The notes under the pieces were generated by a model. It saw only the letters and a program-made list of their open reading frames with translations, did no database searches and was not told the DNA's origin. DNA of 64,000 nucleotides from Trichosphaerium sp. ATCC 40318 (Eukaryota; Protista; Tubulinea): positions 744,001 to 808,000 of the forward strand of contig JALMLS010000466.1 in NCBI GenBank assembly GCA_038496445.1. Direction: 5' to 3'. This document shows positions 26,660-38,516 of this stretch, in pieces (position 1 is the first letter of the stretch; each line of letters opens with the position of its first letter). A program made the translations under genes and the position numbers.

Positions 26660-27237
26660 TGAGGGTTTTGTTGATACTTTTTTAGTAAAATTTAACTCTA
26701 AACTTAAAGCACTAAACAGTTAAAATATCATCTAACAACACATGACGTACTATCAAGTATTTAAACAGCATATCCCAATACAATACCAACGGTCACATTG
26801 ATCTGCATAGTTTTCGGCGATAAGACTGTCCAAATACAAGCGTAAGTGGTATGTTTGCCACGACAACGAGGGAGGTTCTGAAAGGCCAATAAGAAAAGAA
26901 TTCTTGCAGAAGTTCGTTTCTTTTTTTTTTAACTGCACGAGTTTTTTAAACGAAACGTTTTTTTGGTTCACGTGTACCATGCAGTGGTTGGAAGGTTGTT
27001 CCACGTATTGTAGCCCTATCTGTACAACAGGACTTGCGTAGTTTTACAGCTAAGACGAGTTACGATGCAGCAAAGCCCTTACTTGCCGTTTCGCTATACA
27101 TGCTTTTCGTACGTAGACATGACGCAATGTTGATGTTATAAAGTAGCGCCAATTCGTTCAATAAAACAGCTAAACGTTTTTGTTTCATCGAAACACGCTG
27201 ACCGGTCTATCCCCTCTGTAGTAGTAGTAGAGATGTA

Positions 27238-28706
27238 ATGACGACACACTTGCTGTCTCTATTGCCAGTAGAGCTAATATGCGAGATCCTATCGTTTTTA
27301 CCGTTTCACGACTTGATGACAACACGAAACGCTTGCAAGTACGTCAATGCGGTGATAAATAACCTGAATCCCGTCAAGGTACGCTTTTTGAGCAAATGTT
27401 TTTACACGCTAACGGCAAAAGGTGGCATTGACGCGATACGAACCTATTCCTGTACTTAGAGCGTTCCATAAGATAACTTCTATTGATGTATTTTCAAATG
27501 GACTGGTACGCGGCCTAAAACATCTCCACGCGTTGAAAGCGCGCAGCATATTTTAAAACCACAATACGCTAAAGAATAAAGGAAAGATGGCCATTGCGGA
27601 CTTTAACAAGATATACACGCTAGATCTCACAACAGGAGAGCTTATTTGGCTTGGAGCAGATGATGAGTCCACGATAAATTATAATAGAAGCACTCCTTTG
27701 GATACTTATCACTTTTCTCATCCTTTCGGCCTTGCTATTGATAAAAATGACCGTATGGTCGTTTCAAACTCTTACTACCATACTGTAGTAGATATTAACC
27801 TATCATTGCGTACTGTACAATGTCTTGCAGGTGAGAAAAACACGTGACACGTTGTTTTGCTTTTTTTTCCAATATTTTTTTGGGTTCATGCTCAAAAATT
27901 TAGGAAAACACAACGACGGGTTATCTTCAAGTCAAGGTACTTTATCTTATCCTTATGGTGTTTGCTTTAGTAGTGATGGATCAATAATTGTTAGTGACCT
28001 AAGGTATGATAACCTTTTATCTATCATTTTTGACATGAAGGGCTCATTGGATTTTTTTGTTTGTAGAAATCAATGTATCAAAAAAATATCTAATAATGGA
28101 CACATCACAAAAGTGGCTGGTCTTGCTTGCGATGAAGGAGAGGAGTCAAGTAATATTATAAATGCAGATTTTGAATATCCTACATTCATTGTTGCTGACC
28201 CTATAACGTACGTATAACAAAGATAAACTAATTTTAAACGAGATTTCGAAAAAAAAGACAAGATTTTTTTGCTTCAACGTTGGACGCTTGAGTGCTATTG
28301 TCAGGTTAATTCTTTTTAACGGTTTTATAGTGATGATATTTATGTACGTGATGGATGCTCTCTGAGGGTTATATCGAACGGGACTATCGAGACTCTTTAT
28401 ATTAACCCCATTGGTGACATAAAAGGACTGGCTTTGGATTCAAGAGGCAACTTGTATTTTGTTGTTGAAGATGTTTATTCAGATGGTATATGTAAAATGT
28501 ATATCAAAGGAGAACACCAAAGACATATAGTCAGGCTTCACTTGGATCCACAATTTGACAATATTGGAGCACTCCATTTTTGTGAAAAAAACAATTCAGA
28601 AGGAGGTCCTTGTTTGTATGCTGGTGGTGTTTTAAAAGGGTATGAAGATCATAACTCTGATAATGCGACTTTAGAGTCACTTGTACGCATAGAATTACCT
28701 AATTAA
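27238..28706 (+). CDS. F-box + NHL-repeat protein
   Basis: LLSLLPVELICEILSFL F-box; FSHPFGLAID, LSYPYGVCF and FEYPTFIVAD NHL repeats. Confidence 0.85.
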
Positions 28707-28850
28707 ACAAGAAAGAAAAAAAGGCAAAAACAGTTTATTTGTAAATGTACTTCACTGTCCGCACGTGATTAACAAAATTCGTGTTTCGCTTACGCCTTAC
28801 TAAACAGTATAGACGATTATTGTGGTGAACATTGTCGCAAACGACTTAAG

Positions 28851-30253
28851 ATGTGTGAGTACAACCTAAAATACAAATACGATAGGTTGTTTTGAAGCTC
28901 GGCTTACCGTGCACTTCTATGTTATTTCGCTCGCTGATACATTGTTGGTTCTGTTTAGGGCTTAGCATGGCGCATGCTGGTCTATACAGTTGCTTATGCT
29001 ATTATAGGTTAAGTCAATGTGCTAAACATCTGCACTATCAACGTCACTGCAGCAGGATGTCAAACCTAACACTGTATGTTTTAAAGTCTGAAAAATACCT
29101 ACTAACTGTTGAGCATAGGTCTGAACAAGTAGTGGAAGTACAAAAAACACTAATAAAACAAGCCATAGGCAATGTACGAACTATTATAATATTGTTTCTG
29201 GTTAAACACTGAGAGCAGGGGAAAGCTCGCTTTGACACACTTTGTCTTCCGTACGACCCTAGTAGAGGTAAGGGAGATAATTTTACAAACAAACAAAACG
29301 TTAACGGTTTTTTTCGTACACATCACGTGATTTGGTTTTATTTTGTTTTTCTTTAACGTTACTAGGAACATTTGTTGCTGTGAAGCTTACATCGTATAAT
29401 CCATCCACATGCATAGTAGATACTACACCAACCATGTGCGTTCACGCTAGCACAAGTAAAACTGACTTTGTTTTTCTTCTCAAAAGCGAGTTCACTTCAA
29501 TCACGGCGGTGACTGTTCGTAAAATTGAATGTGGGACACATGACGAGTTGTGCAGTTTCATCCAATCGTTTCAAAGCTACTGCATAATGAAAATGAAACC
29601 ATTGCGGTATTTAGATACAACAGGAGAGATTCGATCAAATAGGGACCTCTTCAATATGCTATTTGGAGGTGTACGTTTAGTACTTTTTTCTCTTTAATAC
29701 ACCGTTCTTATTTTTTACTCATTTCAGATCCCTCATGCATTATCATTCAGAACGGGCAAATATGAACTACATGTTTTGCCTGGTACTGCGTGTGAGATGT
29801 TAGGTTTACCCATTGATCCAGACCAAGCATGGTATTATCATTTTTAAATTTTTTTGTTTGTTTTGGTTTAGTGTCATAACTTCTCTTTGAGGTGTATATG
29901 GTCGAATATATCCTCAAAGTGCGTGATTTTAGTATATAAACACTAGAGGTAATATCTTGAATTTCATAATTACCACTATCATAGAGAATCCAAAAAAGAA
30001 AAGAAGGCTGCTCCAAAATCTCCAGCTAAGAATCGTAAAGATCAACCCTCATTTTTAATATCAGTAAGTATACAGCAGTATTGTTGTTTTCTATTACTAA
30101 CTTCCCTTGTAGTCAAGCAAAAGAAAACGGACTACCGAGAGGTTCAATGGAACATAAATATCAAACAAAAAAAGAAGAGAAGCAAAAGCAGATTTTACTG
30201 CGTACACATTACCATTTCGAACTATTCAATTTACCAATAAAAACATTTGAATA
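28851..30253 (+). CDS. Hypothetical multi-exon protein, structure uncertain
   Basis: Open exon-like segments (29368-29669, 29728-29830) bounded by AG/GT; no recognisable domain. Confidence 0.35.
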
Positions 30254-30263
30254 AAGTTTAGAA

Positions 30264-32175
30264 TTAATGAGCCATATCAAACGGTTTACTGAGTACACCA
30301 AGGCTTGTACAGCCAATTATTAATTTACTATCTTTACTGCCATCACTCTTGCTACACATGTCTTGGTATATTTTGTGCCTAGTGACCTGCATTATTTGTT
30401 ACTTATTACACTAAAAGTCATATAATCAATAGCCTAGGGAGATGAATCCTTTTGAATGAATGAAATTTATTTAAGATTACATGTTATTACTTTACACTGG
30501 CTTCGCCTTAGCAAGTATCATTAATACTGTAGCAAAAATATCTTTAAAGCTAGGTCTTTTTGATGGTTCAGTTGTCCAGCAATCTTGTGTCAGTTCACAT
30601 AATTCACTATGTTCAAAAGCTTCATCAGAAAGTAATGGCCTTTCACCATTAAGTACTAAGCGGCTAAAAAAGGAATCAATCAGAGATAGATAAAAATATT
30701 CTAATGTAGTACTTTATCTCGTTTAATACTTGATCTTTCCATGCACGTTGCCATGTGAGCAGTTCATATAATAGAATACCAAATGAATAGACATCCGCAC
30801 TTCAGGAAAAAAGACGATAAGATTTCAAGAATTATTTAGGAAAGACTGATAACGTACCGTTTCCAGTCGTCTTGTGTAGGCTTATCATATCCTCTCCAAA
30901 AAGTAATAACCTCTGGGGCCATATATGTAGGTGTTCCTACAGATGATATAGTATTTGCTGTAGGTATTGATAATCCCCTTGTTGTAGCCTGCCAAAGTTT
31001 TGAAACGCCAAAGTCCAACAGTTTCACTTTTAGATCAGAACTAACCATTATCTAACACGTGTTATTTGGAGTGAAAAAAAGAATATGTCATCACAAGCAA
31101 CTTACATTTTCCGCTTTTAAGTCTCTATGAGCTCCACAAGCCAAAGTATGAATATACTGCATACCATTCACAATTTGAAGTAGAATTGTTAATCTTAGAT
31201 TATTTTCTGATATGTTTGTTTGTTGTCTTGCTTCCTTGTTTGTAATGATGTTTGTCAAAGGACTTCCCTTTATATATTCTGTAACTATCGATAACCTTTT
31301 TGATACGCCAAAGGCTCCTGGTATAGAAGGATTTCCTTCACAGTAACCAATGAACTTGATAATATTTTCATGCTTTAATTTTCTCATTATGAGTACTTCT
31401 TCCTTAAAGTCTTTAGCCTCACTGATATGAGCTTCTGGTGCCAAGTTTTGTTTTATAAGTTTAACAGCTACTTCTAAACTATTCCATTTCATCTTAAAAA
31501 CATCTAAAAAATCCATAAGTTGCCAGTAAAAGCAAAAAACAAAGCAAAGAAGACAGAACAATTTTCACTAAAAAAGAAAAACAAACCCGAAAAATTTCCT
31601 CCTCCCACGTGTGTTTCGTTTGAAAATCCTCCTTTAAGATCCTCATAAGGTATTCTCTGATCTTAAATTAGCTTGCTCATTTACTATGATCTACATACCA
31701 GAATATTTTTGGATTCAAGAGTACGAAGTTGTTCGTCTATCTTCTGTGCATATTCTTTTTGTTGATCTGAAATCGCTTTTGCCTCTTCTTTTTCTTTTTT
31801 AAGCCTTTCCTTCTCTTTACGCTCTTCTTGTTCCCGTACAAGCTGTTCTGCTCTCTCTTCGATCTTTTTAGCTGCTTCTGCTTTCATTCTGGCCTCTTCT
31901 TCTGCTTGCTCAGCGGCAAGTTTGGCGACTTTCTCATCACGCTGTTTCTGGTCCTTTTCTAGCCTGTACAGTGTTTTAGACAAGGTGTCAGTTCAAAAAA
32001 TCGCCAGAACGGCACAACTGTATTATTAAGCTGCGTACGCTGTATGAGCATCGCTGAGCACTTGATCGTAGTCTATTGGAGGCGGTACAATTTGCTTTCG
32101 TACGCGAACGACTTCTCTTTCCACCTTTTTGCTTGTACTCTTCACTTGCTTTTCCACTCGCTTCAGCCACGACAT
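30264..32175 (-). CDS. Tyrosine-kinase-like (TKL) protein kinase with N-terminal coiled coil
   Basis: GGGNFS, VAVKLI, HRDLKAEN, DFGVSK, GTPTYMAPE, DVYSFG and RPSF. Confidence 0.92.
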
Positions 32176-32343
32176 GATTGTGGAATTTAACGCCAAACGC
32201 TTGAGTTCGTTAGGAACTGACTTTAAGTGCGTCTAAGTTAAGTTCCAGACGTCTTTAGAAAAAAACAGCTTCATTTATTCACGATCTAACAAATCTGCTG
32301 AATGTCGTACACCAAGAAATACCAAGAAAAACGGCGAGTCAGT

Positions 32344-33468
32344 TTATAAAAGCACGGTTATACCTTTCTGTGTCAGCGCACTAGCATATTCGAATGATAT
32401 ATGTTGGCATCGAAAAAGATCTAATTTCTTGACATTCCGTAGGTGGCCAAGCCAATCCTCTGACGCATTTGTATACGAAAGATTGACAGTATCCGCATCC
32501 TGAAGACTTTTCATACATGTACCGATAATGCGTTTACAACGTGCAAGGCTAATAGTATGTACACCAGCCAATGCCTTAACACCCTCATCTGTAACTGATG
32601 TGTTACTTAAATCAATATTATGTACACCCGCCAATGCTGCAACACCTACGTCTGTGATAGATACTCCGTTCAAGTATATTGTATGTACACCAGCCAATGC
32701 TGTAATACCTTCATCTGTCACCTGCGTCCCTCTCAAATTTATTGTATGAACACCAGCCAAAGCTGATATACCTTTATCTGTGATAAACCTACAACTATGT
32801 AAATCTATGTTGTGTACGCCAGAAAGAGCACATAATGCATCATCTGTTATTTTGCTGAAAGGAATACGAATATGTGGTACTCCAGCAAGTGATTTGAAAC
32901 CCAGTTCTGTCAACTTCATGTTTATAAGGTATATTGACTTGAGATGTTTTACAAGCGGAATTAATCCTGAATCTGTTACACGTGGGATCCCAAACAATTG
33001 TAAGTGCTGTACACCACAAATAGACTCTAGAGCTTTGTCAGTAATATTTGTATTGCTACTGATGTAAAGGTGTTTAACACCAGATAGAAGAGCAATATCT
33101 GCATCTAGTGCTTCTCTCCAACCTGGAAATTGTATTTTTGTATTTTTGAGGAGTGGGCTACCAGAAAGAAGAGAACAACAGTTGCGAGATTTAATTCTGA
33201 TACAACTGTATCCAATATGGTGATGTATGACATCAGATAGTCGTTTACAACTTTGAGAAACGCGAAATCGATCAGAACGTTCTACAAACAAGAGCAAATG
33301 AGCTATTATCTCCGTTGGAATGTCTAAAAGCTTAATCTCAATAAAACGGTCTGAATGATCTGATATTGAAGCGTCCTGGTGGTTTATTGGTGACGAAACC
33401 ATAACATTAGTAGTGAGCATAGAAGTTGAGTGTATTAACAACTTGTCGTAAACAGTCAAATAAGCCAC
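32344..33468 (-). CDS. Intronless F-box/LRR protein (LAGVHTInL repeats)
   Basis: LLDIPTEIIAHLL F-box and ~21-22 aa repeats TDxGxxALAGVHTIxL; true ATG probably 33420 or 33402. Confidence 0.88.
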   Translation of the reverse strand: MAYLTVYDKLLIHSTSMLTTNVMVSSPINHQDASISDHSDRFIEIKLLDIPTEIIAHLLLFVERSDRFRVSQSCKRLSDVIHHHIGYSCIRIKSRNCCSLLSGSPLLKNTKIQFPGWREALDADIALLSGVKHLYISSNTNITDKALESICGVQHLQLFGIPRVTDSGLIPLVKHLKSIYLINMKLTELGFKSLAGVPHIRIPFSKITDDALCALSGVHNIDLHSCRFITDKGISALAGVHTINLRGTQVTDEGITALAGVHTIYLNGVSITDVGVAALAGVHNIDLSNTSVTDEGVKALAGVHTISLARCKRIIGTCMKSLQDADTVNLSYTNASEDWLGHLRNVKKLDLFRCQHISFEYASALTQKGITVLL

Positions 33469-33842
33469 ATTTACTTAAACACGTGACTAATATGAAATGT
33501 CAGTTTTCGTTGGATATACCAAACAAAAACAAATCAAACACAATAGATTTAACAAAGGTAAGCAGCGACCAATCAAAACACCCTAAAATCCTTTTGTCTT
33601 TGTAACAAAAGAAGACGTTGGTACAACCATCCCTTTCAATTCTGTAAAATTGTTTGTTTTTTCTTTTAACAACATTGCAAATCACGAGTACCCAAAAAGC
33701 CCTAGTGGCTATGCTATGCTCGCTCCACCAAACACTGAGCGCTTTCCTCCCTGTGCGCCCTCATTGTACTATTCTATGCTAGGCCAACCTGACTTATTTA
33801 ATTGACAAAGGCGAAAGGAGAAAAATATATTTAGTTGTTGGT

Positions 33843-34539
33843 TTAAATAGGTACAACACCATCTCTTGTTACAATAGCTCTTGATGCTCCTTCGGGCAAA
33901 TCACGTGTTATTACCAGTTCATTAGTACGGCAGTGCAACATTGCATAATATATAGGTGTCCTTCCCATTGATACCTTTTTAATAAGTTCTAGAGTACCCT
34001 TTTGATCAGTGCAATACATCTTATGAGAAGCTAGCAATGTGGGTGTTGTTTTACCGATTATAGCAGACTGACAACAGAACCTAGTCTTACCACCAGGGAA
34101 AACAAACATGAAATAAACCAAAAAAAGCTTAACCTTCGGAAACGTGTTGTGTAGCGTTGTCATCATATCTTTTGATAGCTTACAACAGATAGAGTCAAGC
34201 ATATCATGCGGTACAGAGCATACGAGCACTACTTGGTTTTCTGCAAGTGGATGTGCCATAAACGCGATACTATAGCGAATTGTAAGTGTTTACGTGTTAC
34301 TACGCCATGTACCGTTCTGGAACGAGGTCTGCGTCGGAGCTTGATAGCCTTTCTGGTTTTTCTGGTTTTTTTTTAAAGCAATTAGGCCTATGCTCTTTCC
34401 AATGTTTTCTTTGGCATACAGAGTTGCAATAACGAACGCTTTGGCATTTTGAGCATTTAAACAGCTTTTTCCCGGTTGCAGCATGCTCGCCGCACGCTCC
34501 ACACCTTGCACTAATACATATGACTTGTTTAGTCGTCAT
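33843..34539 (-). CDS. MYND zinc-finger protein (2 exons)
   Basis: CGAC...[26 protein letters not shown]; a phase-2 intron joins the two ORFs in frame. Confidence 0.85.
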
Positions 34540-35000
34540 TGCCAATAGTATTACGCGTACAACTTTAAGTCGTACTGCAATTCTATCTAAGCCAAAACCC
34601 GCAATTGAAAAAATTGTAATAACACATTCTCACTTGAGACAGCTTCAATTGCAAGAAATATGACATTTTTGATTATTGGTAAATATCCAGCACTTCTAGA
34701 GGCAGCATAATACGGAGGATATGTAAGGTGGTACATTTAAAAATCCCCTTAGCTATTGACTTCTTCATATACTTCATGTCGTCTCCTTGCGTTTCAGAAA
34801 CATCTCTACAATCTTTTGCACAAAACTGTTGATGCCTCCAAAGCGCTCTGACTCCCTCTATCTTCGCAAAGTCTACCATATAGGTTGCGAAACTTGTACT
34901 TGCTGCAACCTCCACTGGTGAGTTACGTGTTAAATGCAAAGGCATTCAAGCACTCTGAATTAAGAAAGGTGAGTTTATTCTGGACAACATATCAATTGCC

Positions 35001-35843
35001 TTAGTGTTCCTCAGGTAGACGCTCTAGAAGTATATTAAACTAGCCGCTACCATAAACTGTTTGGGTTTCAAAGAACATACCTCTTCCTTTACTAACAGGT
35101 ATGTGTATAGGAGTAAAATGAGGGAATGAACACCTCTCTAAAAACAATAGTTAGACAATTGATAAAAGATACGAATAGAGACCCTCATCGAGTACTGAGG
35201 TAGACCGGTGACTGTGCTCTATATAGCTACAAGACTATTTACGTACTTCCCCTGAGACATCGAGCTACAACGTTTTGTCTGCATTTTATACTATCGATTT
35301 CTCCCCTCCACAATCTACATGACAAGTGTATATCTTACAAAACACGTTAGACTACGAGAGTGTTAAATGTGTACCCTTGTAGCGAAGTCCACCTAATATA
35401 CCAACTAAACACTCAGCATCTCCTTCACTCTGACACAGGATATACAACGCTCCTCCCCTACTTAAATTATTATCAAACATGGTAGCAGAAATTTAAAATC
35501 ACGTGCGTACAATGCACCCATAGAAGTCAACACATGTATACTTGTCGCTTTATCTATGAAATCTGGCCATATTCTTTGCAACATTATTACATAAAAAGGA
35601 ATAGACAAAACCCTTTGAAGAGTCGGTTAAAAAATTCGGTTGGTTTTCAGTTGAAAAAAACGCACCCACAACGAGTTCCATATGGATCGCGCCTGTGATG
35701 ATATTAGTATTGTTACAAGCCAGTAACACTTACATTTCGATAATACACCAACGTGAAGATTCTGGACTCGTATGAGAACGCGTACATGCATCACCATGAA
35801 TGCACAAGCCTAATTTAGAGTAGAATGGACACTCCACAGCCAT
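35001..35843 (-). CDS. Divergent U2AF small subunit (U2AF35/ZRSR2)-like protein
   Basis: CPFYSKLGLCIHGDACTRSH (Cx8Cx5Cx3H), UHM-like LGGALYILCQSEGDAE, CRQNVVARCLRGKRCSFPH (Cx7Cx5Cx3H). Confidence 0.75.
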
Positions 35844-36130
35844 TGCAGTCGAAAAAGTCGTAGAAAACTCATTCTTTCTGTGTTAATTTGTTGCCTAGTA
35901 TAACCCGTAAGTCAAATTAGGTCTACGCAGTCGACATTAACTTTACTTATTTACAAACTAATACATGTCGCATGCGTTGACAGTGTAAGTCTGCAATGTT
36001 TGGATGAATTCTAGCCAACCACAACATTTTGACAAAGCTGCTCCTGGATTTTGCTAGGGTTGCATTTTATTGAAAACTCACAAGAGCCTTTTTTGGTTTA
36101 TTTTCTATTATACAATTTCCATATCCTTCG

Positions 36131-38390
36131 TCAGACTACTCCTGCAATATTGTTAGGACTGGTACAATATCTGTAACGAATACGCACTATGCTATCACGT
36201 GATTGAAATGCTACTACATCTTCATAGTAAACCAAGAATAATGGCAAAAGCTGAGACTCCTTGTGTGGTTTAACAAAAAAAGCAGTGACAAAACTGTAAA
36301 AACATACCTCTGCCAAAACTAGGTTATCATGATCTGGGTATGGACTATCTTCGTCTACTAGTGTGTTCTCAGTACGTCCATCCGTACCTATTCTTTGACG
36401 GAGAGGAAGGTGAAAACTATCATATTGTTTGTTATTAAACGAGAGCGTTGACGCATTTCCGGTGACCTGAAAGAACACAAAAACGTTAGGAGATTCAAAT
36501 ATTCCTCTGTTTGTCTTACTGATAAACAGTTGCAAGTAGAGGCAACACATAAAAGAACCACACCACCTCCTTGGGCAGCGGCCGTTTTAGCTTGTAAACA
36601 AGTATAGTATCCTTCGCCACAGAGATCTTTGAAGTAGATTAGAAAATACTGATAATAAATTGTTTGAAACAAATACCTGTTTTTGGAGACAAAAGGCCTT
36701 CGCCTGTACCGAGTGTACACCATGTAAAAAACGAGTTGATATCATCATACTTATAAATCACAAATGATTCAAGCCGTCCTCTAATCTCATCTTGGAACGA
36801 ATTACTGCTCATAGTTGGTGTCTGAATGACTTTAACTCTGTTTCGTGCATCTAAATAAATTATTACTGACGGAATGAAGTCATCTTGTGTACTCATAACA
36901 GCAATCTTGTACTCGAATGGTGTCTCCAGCATGTTTCTATTACGAATAGCTACTATACGTGTAGGTTTGAATTCTGTACAATCAAACATGTATTCAATAA
37001 TATGGTACAAATTAGATCTTGTGTTCAACACAAATTCTTCAGTTCCATCTTCCCCAGTGAAGAATTTTTTTTTGCCTAGATTACAAGGGTAAGCTTTTGC
37101 TACACAATTTATACTGTAGTACTTGGTGTATGCGATCCAAAGGGACTCCATTTTACTGTATTAAGAGAGACTGGTAAGTACCAAGGCCTTGTAGGATTAC
37201 CAAAGTTTATTCTTGATAAGTTCACTTTAATCTTTTTCGATCTCCTCTTCTGTATCGTATCGTATGTTACCATTCCCTGATCTGCAGTTATCAAATCCGA
37301 TTCCTCTGTAGTATCATATAAATCTACATATTCTCCATGAAAAATGCACCATTCTTTACGCGCTGCAATTCGAATAAGTTGGAGAAAACCAAAACAACTT
37401 TTGTCGGCGTACCAACAAAGAGCATAAGGTAGATTGGTATTGTTGTTTGTAGCCAGTAAAAAATATTCGAGTTTCCAAGACCTAATACCCCCAAGTCACC
37501 AAAGGTTTCTGCAATACCAATAAAGACTCTGAAAATAATACAACAAATGATACAACCCATCAATATTAAAAACTTTAAAAAACATTAATAAAAAAACGAA
37601 GAGCCATTATATTCAGTCGTACGCGCTTTTGGTACTTTGCTAGGTTGTATAAGACCATACCCGACATTGTTGTCATTATAATAACATATATAAAGTAGTA
37701 TATGGCAAATACTAAAGCAGCTCTTCGAACATTTGTATCTTCAGTAGATATGATAATAATAGTAAAAGCAAAAGCTAGCTCAGCTATTACAGCGAATAAT
37801 GACATCCAAAAAAATAACCTCCAAAAACCTGCCTTTTCTAGTACGTATGCCCTATAAACAGACAAGATTAGAAAACAGAAAAAAAACACGTGACGTTTTC
37901 AATTTGGACCAAAAAAGGGTTATTACAAAATTGTTGATTTGTACCACAACACGAGCAATTCAAGGGATATCAAGTACGCCAAAAGTCCAGGTACAGAATA
38001 AAAAGCAACGTGTAGGTTGGTTTCATCCGTTTTGAAAGGTTCAATAGCTATAGCAACTCCTGTATCTGTAGGTATAAAATTGGAAAAAAATCTACTGATA
38101 TTTCCTTTTGGTTTTTTTTTTGGGCTTACACAGAGCGTAAACTACATGACTGCAGAAAAAAATGAGCTCCAGTCGTCTTCGTTTAAAACTTGTAGATTCT
38201 AAGGCAGGTGGGTTTTTCGCTTGAAATGTCGTTGATACGTACTGTATAACAGATAAACGAATGCTAACGCTGTAATGAAATGAATTACGTATGCGGCAAC
38301 CAATAACCAATCATTGATGTCATTAATTGTATCAAAACCTGTACGTGTGCTATTAGTGACATTTTGCCACGAATGGTTTGTTCCAATCAT
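36131..38390 (-). CDS. 7TM membrane protein fused to a PARP-like ADP-ribosyltransferase domain
   Basis: Seven hydrophobic segments, then IVAIRN, GEGYY, VLLCVA, QYDS and ESQLLPLFLVYY; continuous frame using GT-AG introns. Confidence 0.7.
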
Positions 38391-38516
38391 TGATTGTGTA
38401 TTTAATGCAAATTGTGACAGTCAAATTTCGTCTTTGTAAGTGCTGTTTTACTACACCACCACAAGCGCACCAAGGTATATCTGTCTAATACATTTACGAA
38501 GGACTTGTTTTATAAA

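Noticed and set aside
35290-35440. Apparent second Cys-His deamidase motif (ECLVGI...YTCHVD)
   Set aside because: The His segment is out of frame after splicing; the region belongs to the U2AF35-like gene
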